A stretch of DNA of 32,341 nt from Methanothrix sp. (GCA_040770465.1 JAXGJB010000035.1:1-32341); one strand, 5' to 3'. Shown: positions 1-9,514, numbered from the stretch's first letter. The notes: generated by a model not told the origin, from the letters alone. A program made the numbers and translations.

Positions 1-69
1 TCCGGAACTCAGCCGGTGGCCGGTGGTCGGAGCCTCGGAGTAGGCGCAGAACTAATGGGATAAGTCGAA

Positions 70-561
70 ATGAGCCGCATAGCGTATCTCTTGGTCTCAG
101 TTCTCTTAGTTATCCAGACTGCGAGCGGAGCCGATGTCCTCATGTCGACGCGAGAGAGGATCACCTTCGCCGAGAACCTGACCGTGGTGGTGATGGACGT
201 CGAGCCGGCGGCGGGCGCGGGAGCGGGCGTCGTCTGGCTGGAGCTTAGGGACGATCGCGGCCCCGTCAAGTCCTCGATCCTCGGGGCGGGGGAGAGCTTC
301 ACCTACGACGAGAGGGGCGATGGCCTGAACCTGACCGTCACCAGGATCTACGCCGGGGGGGAGAGGGATCTTGTGGAGCTGGAGATCGTCTCAGGCGATG
401 TGGTGGGCAGGGCCGCCGGGGATCTCTCCACCGAAGCGGTTCAAGATAGCCTACCGGCCGGAGAGGGGGACTCGTCCCTCATGAACCGGGGACTTGCGGC
501 TCTGCTCGTCGTACTTTTGGCTGCCTGGGTTTACTTTGGGGCGAGGCAGAGGGGTAGGTAG
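70..561 (+). CDS. Exported, C-terminally membrane-anchored hypothetical protein (S-layer-like beta domain)
   Basis: N-terminal hydrophobic signal peptide and a C-terminal TM helix followed by basic residues. The 'VWLELRDDRGPVKSSILGAGESFTY' segment resembles Methanosarcinales S-layer domains. Codon usage is GC3-rich. Confidence 0.75.
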   Translation: MSRIAYLLVSVLLVIQTASGADVLMSTRERITFAENLTVVVMDVEPAAGAGAGVVWLELRDDRGPVKSSILGAGESFTYDERGDGLNLTVTRIYAGGERDLVELEIVSGDVVGRAAGDLSTEAVQDSLPAGEGDSSLMNRGLAALLVVLLAAWVYFGARQRGR

Positions 562-591
562 AAGGCGATATTATCTCAGGGAAGATCGAGG

Positions 592-702
592 TCAGACGAG
601 GTGGCAGAGGACCTGGTGGTCTCTTGCAACCTCGACCATATCGGGCTGCTTTTTGATGCAAACGTCTTCGGCGATGGGGCATCGAGGACGGAAGACGCAT
701 CC
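592..702 (-). pseudogene. 3' remnant of an oligopeptide/nickel ABC ATPase (OppD/DppD-type C-terminal Cys domain)
   Basis: The minus strand reads GCVFRPRCPIAEDVCIKKQPDMVEVARDHQVLCHLV*, matching the GCxFxPRCPxAxxxC...P...HxVxCHL tail of Opp/Dpp ATPases. No ATPase core is recognisable upstream. Confidence 0.75.
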
Positions 703-1106
703 TTGGAGGCTGCCGTCTCCGCCGTTCGCGTGATTACCATTCTCAATACCGCTATCTGAGCAACATTTTTTATTGGCCCTCTAGCCAGGAAGTGTGGGAC
801 CCGGGCCGGAACGTCGCCTCATTGCGAGAGTTTTGGGAGACCGTCTCCCCTTGCCCCGATAGCTCTCTGGCGAGTTCAAAATCGTACATTGTCTAACTCT
901 CTCTCGCCAGAGGGCCGGGAACGCGGGGTCGGGTCCCCAAAAGGACGAAGGTTTCTGACTATAAATAGAATCGACATATATGAAGGATGGGCGCACACCA
1001 TATGTGTTGCCGATCAATTGTGTTGTCATCTTGTCGCAACTTTAAGATGATAAACGATCAAGGCCTCGTGCCTTGATATTCCCGTCGCGAAGCAGGAGGT
1101 GAGTGC

Positions 1107-1889
1107 ATCGCTAAGATCACCATAACGGGGCTCAAATTCAGCTACGGCAAAACCAGGATTCTCGATGGCTTCGACGTGGCGGTCGGCGGCTCGGAGGTTC
1201 TGAGCCTGGTGGGCCCCAACGGCTGCGGAAAGACCACCCTCATCAAATGCGTCTGTGGGATTCTCAGGCCCGAGGGGACGATACTCCTCGGAGAAGAAGA
1301 AGTCGGGTCCATGAGCAGGCGCGATGTGGCCAGGTTTATAGGTTACGTCCCCCAGTCGACGACGAGCGTCCTCTCCACCACCGTCTTCGATACGATTCTG
1401 ATGGGGAGAAAGCCCCACATGGGCTGGCGGGTCGGAGATGATGACATCGACCGGGTCGTGGAGGTGATGAAGCTCCTCTCCATCGAGGAGTTCGCCCTCA
1501 GGGACTTCTCGGAGCTATCGGGCGGCCAGAAGCAGCGGGTTCTCATCGCAAGAGCCCTGGCCCAGGAGCCGGAGGTCCTCCTCCTCGACGAGCCCACATC
1601 CAACCTGGACATAAAGCACCAGCTGGAGGTGATGGAGACGATCCGCTCCCTCGTCAAGAGGACGGGGATATCCGCTCTGATGGGCATCCACGACCTCAAC
1701 CTGGCGGCGAGGTTCTCCGACACCCTGGTGATGCTGAAGGACGGGAAGGTTCATGCAAAGGGCGATCCCTTTTCCCTGTTGACGAAGGATAATATCAGGT
1801 CCATCTTCGGCGTCGAGGCGGAGGTGATGAGGGATCTTGACCGGCCGTACGTGGTACCTCTACGATCTCTGGATGGCGAAACAATTTGA
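1107..1889 (+). CDS. Fe-siderophore/cobalamin-type ABC transporter ATP-binding protein (FepC/BtuD family)
   Basis: Walker A GPNGCGKT, signature LSGGQ, Walker B LLLDEP and H-loop IHD. The frame extends upstream of the GTG at 1176 to an ATC at 1107 (IAKITITGLKFSYGKTRILDGFDV), behind RBS GGAGGTGA at 1095-1102. Confidence 0.9.
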   Translation: MAKITITGLKFSYGKTRILDGFDVAVGGSEVLSLVGPNGCGKTTLIKCVCGILRPEGTILLGEEEVGSMSRRDVARFIGYVPQSTTSVLSTTVFDTILMGRKPHMGWRVGDDDIDRVVEVMKLLSIEEFALRDFSELSGGQKQRVLIARALAQEPEVLLLDEPTSNLDIKHQLEVMETIRSLVKRTGISALMGIHDLNLAARFSDTLVMLKDGKVHAKGDPFSLLTKDNIRSIFGVEAEVMRDLDRPYVVPLRSLDGETI

Positions 1890-2138
1890 TTTTGGAAGAG
1901 ATGTAAGACGATTAGATCAAGAGAATCGTGTGTGCGGTTTTGAACGCCTCTCGATGTCTCCAGACCCGCTCCGATCTCCAGGACCGACCAGGGGGTCGAT
2001 CTCCGGGGCGTCCCTCTCGGGATGCCTGGGGGAGAGCTTCCATATGCGGTTCCAGTCGATTATCGGCGCCGTGATCGGCCAGCATGAGCAATCCTTATGT
2101 ACTTCAATGTTCATTCAACATGCATAGGATGATGAGCT

Positions 2139-2381
2139 ATGAATGTTAATCTTGGGGCTCCGTACGAGGTTGCCATAAGAAGCATCATCGAGAAAGGATA
2201 CGCGGGAAATCGGACGGAGGTCATACGTCAGGCCATAATGGCTTATAAGCGGATTATTGAGGAAGAAGAGCTGATGTTGGTACATAGAGGAGTCATGACG
2301 GAGATGGGCGAGCTGGAAGCCGGAAAGTCAAAGACTCATTCCTTTGAAGAGATAAAAAAGATCCTTGAGCCCGAGCTCTGA
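2139..2381 (+). CDS. Ribbon-helix-helix antitoxin (ParD/CopG-like)
   Basis: 80 aa; N-terminal RHH pattern (MNVNL...GYAGNRTEVIRQAI); C-terminal 'SFEEIKKIL'; directly upstream of a RelE-like gene. Confidence 0.8.
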   Translation: MNVNLGAPYEVAIRSIIEKGYAGNRTEVIRQAIMAYKRIIEEEELMLVHRGVMTEMGELEAGKSKTHSFEEIKKILEPEL

Positions 2382-2387
2382 CGATCT

Positions 2388-2648
2388 ATGGAACTCGTCT
2401 TCTCAGATTCTGCAAAAAAGGAGCTTGAGAATCTCCCGCAGGAGCTGAAGGTCCTTTTTCTGAAACGCTTGGAGAAGATGATGGTGTTGCCTCCTCGCAA
2501 ACGGATGAAGCACGGGATCCCTTGCCATGCAGTGAAGGTGACCAAACAGGCGAGGATCGTCTGCGAGATCAGAGGAGACAAGATCTATGTCCTTCACTGC
2601 TTTGGAAGTCATAAGGAGTATGAGCGATGGTACAGATCATACAAATAG
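2388..2648 (+). CDS. RelE/ParE-superfamily toxin
   Basis: 86 aa basic protein; 'ELVFSDSAKKELENLP' start and 'RIVCEI..DKIYVL..FGSHKEY' end are typical of RelE; 6 bp after the antitoxin. Confidence 0.8.
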   Translation: MELVFSDSAKKELENLPQELKVLFLKRLEKMMVLPPRKRMKHGIPCHAVKVTKQARIVCEIRGDKIYVLHCFGSHKEYERWYRSYK

Positions 2649-2891
2649 GTCCATCTCATATACCGTATCAGATCCCGGAATATTTTTGGCATAATGGTTC
2701 TCTCCTCGTGAAATAGGTCTCATAAACTGCCGGTCGTCATCGGGATCTGTTGGTATTGCGAGGAGGTACTCTCGACTGGTGGCAGCTCAGAGCGATGAGC
2801 TGATCGGTTGCGCGGGAGCATATGCTTGATTACGTGTGAGCCTTTCCACCCATCCCTCGTTGGTGGAGATGCGACCACCGAGATCAGATCC

Positions 2892-3140
2892 TCAGAGCCG
2901 ATCGAATAGCTCCTCATCCCGCCTCTCGGAGACCTCCCAGGCGAAATCCTCCAGATTGACGTATTTTCCGGCCTTTATCTCCGCCATCACCCGGTCTTTC
3001 ACCTTCAGAGTCAGGGACTTTCCGTCGACGGAGAAGGTCGCCTCGGCCCTGCCCAGGTCGACGGTTGCGATGTTGCCTTTGCCCATGGTGCAGCCGGTGG
3101 AGATCTGAATCCCGTCCACAATACAGGAGATCGCTGAGTC
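2892..3140 (-). pseudogene. 5'-truncated FmdE/FwdE-family (formylmethanofuran dehydrogenase subunit E-like) gene
   Basis: SCIVDGIQISTGCTMGKGNI is the FmdE signature. An in-frame TGA lies a few codons upstream and the N-terminal HGHxCP motif is absent. Confidence 0.75.
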
Positions 3141-3642
3141 CGAAGATCAGAGGCTGAAGGAGAGGATCTCTCTTGAGAGCTTCCGGCGGCTCTACCGGGT
3201 GGAGTACTTTGCTGTCCTCGCCTCCTTTCTCAAGAGGAGGCTTTGAAAAACTCAGAATCATATATCTCTTATGACCTTGGTTCACACATCTCTGTGCCTG
3301 CTTGTAGTGACTTTAATACTGCTTTTGAATTAGAGCCTTCGTCTCGCCGGCCGACGGATATAATTAGTATTATATTTAATCTTATGGCTACTAAATACTA
3401 TTTCATCGAAAGATTTATGGGTAAAACCGTCTCTTTCAGATCGATCATAACAATAAGTAGGAAATATATCCAGAAATTTTGGACGAAATTTGGGGTGCGC
3501 CATCTGTCCGTCTTTCTGGGAGGTTGTGATGAGGAATATCGTTTATGCGACCGTTTTGACGGTCTTCCGTCTCGCTTTCGTTCAAGCGGTGGCCCAGAAC
3601 GTTGCGATATTACGTTGAGATTTTATAAGGATGTGAAAAAGA

Positions 3643-4395
3643 ATGAAGGTATTGGTATGCGGAAAAGGCGGCAGCGGCAAGAGCACCGTCGCTGCGCTCC
3701 TCGCCAAGAGCATGGCAAAGAGAGGATATGAGGTTCTGGTGGTCGACAGCGACGAGTCCAACTACGGCCTCCACCGGCAGCTGGGGATGGAGCTTCCCAG
3801 CACCCTGATGGACCACTTCGGAGGAAAGAAGGAGATGATGGGGAAGATGAGAAAGTCCTTCACCGAGGGGGAGCAGGTCTCGCTCTTCGATGAGAAGTGG
3901 GCGCTCGCCGACATCCCGGCGGATGCCACGTCGGAGAAGGACAAAATCAAGCTTCTGGCGATAGGCAAGATCCACGACTTCGGGGAGGGGTGCGCCTGTC
4001 CCATGGGGGCCCTCTCCAAGAAGTTCCTTGACAACCTCGCTGTGGGCGAGAAGGAGATGGTGATCATCGACACCGAGGCGGGGATCGAGCACTTCGGCCG
4101 GGGGATCGAGGCCGGATGCGACACCATCCTAGCCGTATTGGACCCCTCTTACGAGTCGCTCCTCCTCTCGAAGAAGATCGCCGAGATCTCAGAGAAGATA
4201 GGAAAGAGCCTCTACTTCGTCTTGAACCGGGTGGACGACGAGCGGAAAGCCGCCATGCTAGAGTTTCTGGACAAAGAGAGGGTGGCGGCGTCCATCCCCG
4301 AATCGAAGGAGATATTCAGGGCGGGGCTCGCCGGCGACGAGTTCGACTTCGCGGTTGCGGAGGTGGAGGGGCTCGCCGACCTTTTGACGGGATAG
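3643..4395 (+). CDS. cooC: CooC/AcsF-family nickel-insertion ATPase (CO dehydrogenase maturation factor)
   Basis: Deviant Walker A GKGGSGKS, Ni-binding GCACP (CxC) and DTEAGIEHFGRG motif. Confidence 0.88.
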   Translation: MKVLVCGKGGSGKSTVAALLAKSMAKRGYEVLVVDSDESNYGLHRQLGMELPSTLMDHFGGKKEMMGKMRKSFTEGEQVSLFDEKWALADIPADATSEKDKIKLLAIGKIHDFGEGCACPMGALSKKFLDNLAVGEKEMVIIDTEAGIEHFGRGIEAGCDTILAVLDPSYESLLLSKKIAEISEKIGKSLYFVLNRVDDERKAAMLEFLDKERVAASIPESKEIFRAGLAGDEFDFAVAEVEGLADLLTG

Positions 4396-4464
4396 GGGGC
4401 GATGGGCCGAAAATCCCTTTTTTGGCTCGTCGGTGTTTAGTGCTGGCGAATACTCCTCTCCAGT

Positions 4465-4803
4465 TTAATGCCTAATTATCTTCTCTAAGGAGAGGACGAG
4501 CTCCGGCAGGTCGTGATTCAGGATCTGCCAGAGGATTTCGTAGTCAATGGCATCATAGCCATGGATCAAGCGGTTTCTCAAGCTTATTATCTGTGTCCAG
4601 GGGATCTCAGGATGTTCTGATCGTTTCTCATGTGGAACCCTGTTTGCGGCCTCGCCGACGATCTCCATAAGTCTAACAATCGCCAAGCTGAGCACACGAT
4701 CGTCGACAAGCTCCTCTGCGCTTTTGCCCTTCGATAAGATCATCGCTTCCCTGGAATGATCGAGCATCTGGCGCAAGGCGACTTCCGGATCATGCCGTGC
4801 CAT
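4465..4803 (-). CDS. hepT: HepT-like HEPN RNase toxin (DUF86)
   Basis: LEIVGEAA-like motif and IPW...RNRLIHGY (RX4HxY); overlaps the upstream MNT gene. Confidence 0.9.
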   Translation of the reverse strand: MARHDPEVALRQMLDHSREAMILSKGKSAEELVDDRVLSLAIVRLMEIVGEAANRVPHEKRSEHPEIPWTQIISLRNRLIHGYDAIDYEILWQILNHDLPELVLSLEKIIRH

Positions 4804-5092
4804 ACTGCACTTCCGATTCTCTCTCGATTCTGTCCCTAAAGCGAGGGTTCAAGAATCCGGGTGTGTTAAGATCTACCTTTCTCCCGATAATTCGGGAGAG
4901 CTCCTCTTCCATCGAGAAGAAAGCAAGTCCTGGAGTATGGCCGGGCTCGAACTCCACAAGTATGTCGACGTCGCTCTCCGGCCCAAAGTCGTCTCTCAAG
5001 ACTGATCCGAAGAGGGAGAGACGACGGATATGATGCTTGCGGCAAAAATCAGCTATTTTATCCGAGTCGATGGGTATGCGGGACATCTCCAT
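4790..5092 (-). CDS. mntA: Minimal nucleotidyltransferase antitoxin (MntA)
   Basis: FGSVLRDDFGPESDVD (GSX10DXD) motif, ~100 aa, paired with the HEPN gene. Confidence 0.9.
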   Translation of the reverse strand: MEMSRIPIDSDKIADFCRKHHIRRLSLFGSVLRDDFGPESDVDILVEFEPGHTPGLAFFSMEEELSRIIGRKVDLNTPGFLNPRFRDRIERESEVQYGTA

Positions 5093-5352
5093 TTACTTCC
5101 AGCGTGCAAAGGTTATATCCTTTTCCAAAAACGATTTCATTTGCCGCCCATGGCCTATAACTGAGCAAGATCGTTTCTTGTCCGCGCCTATGGGTGGGCC
5201 CGATTGCGTACACATGTTAAGAGTGTCGGCTGGGATAGGGGCAGTCGGATAATTTCATGAGTCAAGTTGCGGCGGTGCACCCCGCAGCAGAGCTGCAGAG
5301 CATTCGATAAAAATAAATCCTGCAGGCAGGACCGCCTCGCCGGCCCCCGATC

Positions 5353-6087
5353 CTAGGCCAGATGTTCCAGAATGCCCTTCTGGAGGGCCGAGACGATGGG
5401 AAGCTTCACCATCACTGCCTGCCTCTCGTCTCCCATCTTGTAGATGACGATAGATTCCTTTCCGTCTGCGATCATGGTGCATTCTAGGCTATAGTCTACG
5501 CCGTCTTCCAGGACGTCCCTGTAGATTTCTGCAAAGCTATCCTCGGTCTCCCGAAGGTCGAGCCCCAGATCCGCGAACCTCTCCATTTTATCGACGATCA
5601 GAACGAGGCTGCACCCCTCATTCAGATCTGATAGAAGGTCGGATCTGTGCTCTCTCAGAAACTCAGGGCTTCTGCAAAATATCGTCAGCTCGTCATCTGC
5701 CCTTTTAATAATGTCTCTGACCCTGTTTTTTATCCCCCACTCGTTTCTGACGCACCATACCGGAGTGGGAACGGGTGTTTCAAGGTTCAGGTTCTTCAGC
5801 TCGTCGGCCGATCGGCTTGCGGCCTCCAGGAGCTCCTCTTTCAGCCTTTCGATCACCCTCTCCGGCTCGATGGCCCGGTAGTAGGTCGGCGATCCCTGGA
5901 CGAACTCGGCAAAGCCCTTCCCCGTCAGATCTTTGAGGATGTCGTAGACTCTCGTCCTCGGAACCCCGCTCGCCTCATGGACATCTCTCGCGGTCGCCTC
6001 GCCGAGCCCCACCAGGGCGGCGTAACTCCTCGCCTCGTACTCCGTCAGGCCCAGCTTTCTGAGGCCATCCACTATTTCAACGTTCAT
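5353..6087 (-). CDS. TrmB-family transcriptional regulator
   Basis: LGLTEYEARSY...SGVPRTRVYDILKDL..KG wHTH motif plus a C-terminal effector domain; divergent from the ABC operon. Confidence 0.92.
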   Translation of the reverse strand: MNVEIVDGLRKLGLTEYEARSYAALVGLGEATARDVHEASGVPRTRVYDILKDLTGKGFAEFVQGSPTYYRAIEPERVIERLKEELLEAASRSADELKNLNLETPVPTPVWCVRNEWGIKNRVRDIIKRADDELTIFCRSPEFLREHRSDLLSDLNEGCSLVLIVDKMERFADLGLDLRETEDSFAEIYRDVLEDGVDYSLECTMIADGKESIVIYKMGDERQAVMVKLPIVSALQKGILEHLA

Positions 6088-6165
6088 TGTAACTCAATTA
6101 GTTACAACAAACTTAAATATGGCGCTGGTCCCTTTATGTCTTAGTGGTATTGTGAGGATTTTAGC

Positions 6166-7266
6166 ATGAACGCCGAAAGGTCGCCGCCATCAAAGCTCGC
6201 CCTGCCTTTGAGCCTCTTTTTGCTCGCCCTCACCCTTCTGATCGTTCAAGTGACGGTATCGAATGCGGTCCTTCAGGGGTCTCCCAACGCCCTCGAGAAG
6301 TTTCCCGGCGACTTCTACAAGGTGGAGGGATCGCCCGATATCGCTGCCACCCTCGAGCGGGCGAGGGTATACCAGGGCGATGAGACGAGCCTCTACCTGA
6401 CGCTGACGAACAGGGGCCAGGTCACCTCCATCGAGGTGAACGAGGACCCCACCCGGAGTGCCCCCGAAGAGGTCTATGCTGCAAAGGTCGAGCTTGAGCT
6501 GGAGAACGGCAGGACCACGGCCCAGGACGTCTCAGTGAGCCTGCTCGTTCCCGGCAGCCGAGAGGACGCCCCCCTGGAGGTGAAAAGGCAGGTCGCCTAC
6601 GCCGGAACCCTTCTCGAGGGTCAGGTCTCGCCGAGGCTCGAGTTTCCGATAGAGGTCTATGAGAACGCGCCGCCCGGCGATTATGAGCTTCTGGCAGTGG
6701 TCAACTATTCCTACCAGTGGGACGTGGCGGCAGAGCCCGAATCGAGCCGTCCGGAAAACCCCGACATATACTACCTCTACGAGAGCGATAGCCAGACGCT
6801 TCCCCTTACGGTCCGGGTGGCGCGGGAGAGCGGCGCGGAGTTCAAAGTGCTGGAGGTCTCTCCGTCGGACCTCTCAGTCGGATCGAAGGATAACGTGGTC
6901 AGGATGACGATCGAGAACGTCGGCGACGATTATGCGAAAGATCTGGTGGCAAGGCTGCGGCCTGAGAGCGGGATCTACGTCAGCGTCGACGAGTCGCCGA
7001 TCCCCCTCCTCGGGCCTGGGGAGACGGCTGATCTCGTCTACAAGCTGGACGTCTCCGGCGACGCGGTCCCGGAGAAGACCTATTCGCTCACCGTCCTCTT
7101 TGAGTTCTCCGACTCGAAGAGCGACGACCTGTTGGAGACCGAGCACGCCTACGTCCGGATCGAGGACGACGGAAAAGGGCCTCTCATCTTCGCAGCCGTA
7201 GCCGTCCTCGCAGCGCTGGCCGCGGCAGGTTTTGTGATCCGTCGCCGGAAAATGGGCAGGGTCTGA
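6166..7266 (+). CDS. COG1361 S-layer-family protein
   Basis: Signal peptide, repeated Ig-like/CARDB segments (TIENVG..YAKDLVARL; LGPGET) and a C-terminal TM helix with RRRK; heads an ABC exporter operon. Confidence 0.8.
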   Translation: MNAERSPPSKLALPLSLFLLALTLLIVQVTVSNAVLQGSPNALEKFPGDFYKVEGSPDIAATLERARVYQGDETSLYLTLTNRGQVTSIEVNEDPTRSAPEEVYAAKVELELENGRTTAQDVSVSLLVPGSREDAPLEVKRQVAYAGTLLEGQVSPRLEFPIEVYENAPPGDYELLAVVNYSYQWDVAAEPESSRPENPDIYYLYESDSQTLPLTVRVARESGAEFKVLEVSPSDLSVGSKDNVVRMTIENVGDDYAKDLVARLRPESGIYVSVDESPIPLLGPGETADLVYKLDVSGDAVPEKTYSLTVLFEFSDSKSDDLLETEHAYVRIEDDGKGPLIFAAVAVLAALAAAGFVIRRRKMGRV

Positions 7267-7279
7267 GAACGCCAGGGAG

Positions 7280-8257
7280 ATGGACCGCTTGAACGACGGA
7301 GAAAACTCGGCCCCTATCCCGGCTCCTAACCCGGACCCTGTCTCTTTCGAGGATTGCAGCATCGTCGCCCAGGGCCTCCAAAAGAGCTTCGGCAAATTGA
7401 GGGTCCTCTCCGACCTCTCGGTCAAGATCCCTCGGGGCACGACATACTGCCTCCTGGGGCCGAACGGATCGGGGAAGACGACCTTCATCAGGGCGGTGGC
7501 CGGCCTGCTCAGGATGGACGGCGGCGACCTTTCGGTCCTCGGAATGCCCATCTCCGATGTGAGGATGGTCCGTCCTCGGATCGGCTACATGACCCAGCAC
7601 AGGGCCCTCTACCCCGACCTCACCCTCCGAGAGAACATGGAGTTTTACGCCGGCCTCTACGGGATCGAAGGAAGGCGGATGGCCGAGAGGATAGCAGAGC
7701 TTCTCGATATGGTGGACCTCGCCGAGCACGCCGATCGGATCACGGGAGACCTCAGCGGCGGGATGTACCAGAGGCTGTCACTCGCCTGCACCCTGATCCA
7801 CGAGCCCGACCTCCTTCTCCTCGACGAGCCGACGGTGGGGGTGGACCCGGTCCTTCGGGAGGCCTTCTGGCGGTTCTTCGACGACCTCGCCGGCAAGGGT
7901 GCGACGATCCTCATCACCACCCACCTGATGGACGAGGCCGAGAGGTGCAAAATCGTCGGATACATGCGGGCAGGCCGAATGCTGGCGGAGGGAAGCCCCG
8001 AGGATCTGAAGCGGCTTGCGGGGCTGCGGCCGGTCTTGAATCTCCGGACAGAGGAGCCCGAAGCGGACGCCTCCCGCCTCAGGGCCGAGGGCTTCGAGGT
8101 GGAGGTGGAGGTCGCCCGCGGCGAGCTGCGCGTCGCGATCGAAGAGGGAGTCCAGCTCAAAGATGTCCTGAATCTGGTGGAGCCGATCGACCTCAGAATC
8201 GTCGAGCCGACCCTGGGGGACGCCTTTCTGAGGCTTGCGGAGGAGGTACATAGATGA
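7280..8257 (+). CDS. ABC-2-type exporter ATP-binding protein
   Basis: GPNGSGKT, LSGGM, LLLDEPTVGVDP and TTHLMDEAE motifs. Confidence 0.93.
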   Translation: MDRLNDGENSAPIPAPNPDPVSFEDCSIVAQGLQKSFGKLRVLSDLSVKIPRGTTYCLLGPNGSGKTTFIRAVAGLLRMDGGDLSVLGMPISDVRMVRPRIGYMTQHRALYPDLTLRENMEFYAGLYGIEGRRMAERIAELLDMVDLAEHADRITGDLSGGMYQRLSLACTLIHEPDLLLLDEPTVGVDPVLREAFWRFFDDLAGKGATILITTHLMDEAERCKIVGYMRAGRMLAEGSPEDLKRLAGLRPVLNLRTEEPEADASRLRAEGFEVEVEVARGELRVAIEEGVQLKDVLNLVEPIDLRIVEPTLGDAFLRLAEEVHR

Positions 8258-9429
8258 AGGGCTTTGGCCTCACCTTCAATTCGAAGAGGGTTCTCGTGGT
8301 GGCGAGGAGGGTCGTCCGCCAGCTGAAGCGGGATAAAAGGACGATCGGCCTGATCACCTTCTTGCCCATATTCCTGATGATCCTCTTCGGCTACGCCCTC
8401 TCGGGGGAGATGTCCGGCATAAACCTCGGGATCGTCGACTTTGGAGGCCAGGACGATCTGAGAGACCACCTGACAGCCGTCAACGACTTCAACCTCCTCC
8501 ACCTAGGGTCGGAGTCGGACGCCGAGAGGCTGATCGTCGAGGGGAGACTCCACGGGGCGGTGGTGATCGGCGAAGAAGGGGATGAGGTCCGGGTCCTGCT
8601 GGACGGGTCGAGCCCTCAGATATCAAACTCCATAATGGCCGAGGTGAGGAGCGGCCTTCAGCCAAAAACCGGCCTCCAGAATGGTAAGAAGGGTACAGGT
8701 GACGGGGAACCCGGAGGCGTTGTAAGCGTTGTAAGCGTTGCCAGCGTTGCCAGCCCCGGCGAATCTTCTGCCGTTGAGGCGGCGCGCCCCGAGATCGTAC
8801 CGCGGTACGTCTATGGATTCGACCTGGAGATGATGGACTCCGTCGGCCCCGCGGTCCTGGGGCTCGTCGTCTTCTTCTTCACCTTCATCACCGCTGCGAT
8901 CTCGTTTCTCAGGGAGAGGACCCAGGGGTCTCTTGAGAAGTTCATGGTCTCGCCCCTCAGCAGGCCCGAGATGGTGGCGGGCTACCTCCTGGGGTTCAGC
9001 CTCTTCGCCCTCCTCCAGTCGGCGACTACCCTCCTCGTCGTCGTCTTCGTCTTCGGGGTCCCCATGAACGGAAATCCCCTCACCGCCTTCGCCGTGCTCC
9101 TCCTCCTGGGGGCGGGAGCCCTGGTCCTGGGGGCATTCTTCTCTAACTTCGCGAAGACCGAGTTTCAGGTCGTCCAGTTCATACCGATGGTGATCCTGCC
9201 CCAGGTCGTTTTATCGGGGGTATGGTGGCCTCTCGAATCGATCCCGGGCTTCATCAGGCCGATCTGCTACATCCTCCCCCTCACCTACTCCAGCGACGCC
9301 CTGCGGGCGGTGATGCTGAAGGGGGCGGGGGTGTCGGAGATACTGGTGCCGGACCTGCTCTTTCTGGCCGGATTCTTCGTCATAGTGTTCGGGGCGGCGA
9401 CCTTGATGCTGAAACGGGAGGTGGGGTAG
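8254..9429 (+). CDS. ABC-2-type exporter permease
   Basis: One N-terminal TM, an extracytoplasmic loop, the 'RERTQGSLE...SPL' motif and five further TMs; ATGA overlap with the ATPase. Confidence 0.92.
   Translation: MKGFGLTFNSKRVLVVARRVVRQLKRDKRTIGLITFLPIFLMILFGYALSGEMSGINLGIVDFGGQDDLRDHLTAVNDFNLLHLGSESDAERLIVEGRLHGAVVIGEEGDEVRVLLDGSSPQISNSIMAEVRSGLQPKTGLQNGKKGTGDGEPGGVVSVVSVASVASPGESSAVEAARPEIVPRYVYGFDLEMMDSVGPAVLGLVVFFFTFITAAISFLRERTQGSLEKFMVSPLSRPEMVAGYLLGFSLFALLQSATTLLVVVFVFGVPMNGNPLTAFAVLLLLGAGALVLGAFFSNFAKTEFQVVQFIPMVILPQVVLSGVWWPLESIPGFIRPICYILPLTYSSDALRAVMLKGAGVSEILVPDLLFLAGFFVIVFGAATLMLKREVG
8717..8754. repeat. In-frame 9-bp tandem repeat (GCGTTGTAA x2, GCGTTGCCA x2)
   Basis: Read directly; encodes VVSVVSVASVAS in the permease loop. 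Confidence 0.85.
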
Positions 9430-9514
9430 GCCCGTCTGCTCAAAAATCAGCTCGAATCAAACGGAGAGCGGAGCCAAAACCTGGCCCGATAGCAACTCTG
9501 AACCTCACCCGGAA

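Noticed and set aside
1917-2114. 65-aa minus ORF as an intact gene
   Set aside because: Only a short 'IDWNRIWK' resemblance to methyltransferase N-termini; too weak to call as a feature.
3243-3731. 162-aa ORF upstream of and overlapping cooC
   Set aside because: AT-rich promoter-like DNA, no recognisable motif, and out-of-frame overlap with cooC.
6874-8502. Long antisense and alternate-frame ORFs over the ABC operon (similarly over hisF, the DUF362 gene, the RM gene, pycB and argB)
   Set aside because: Shadow ORFs expected from GC3-biased coding sequence; no independent motifs.
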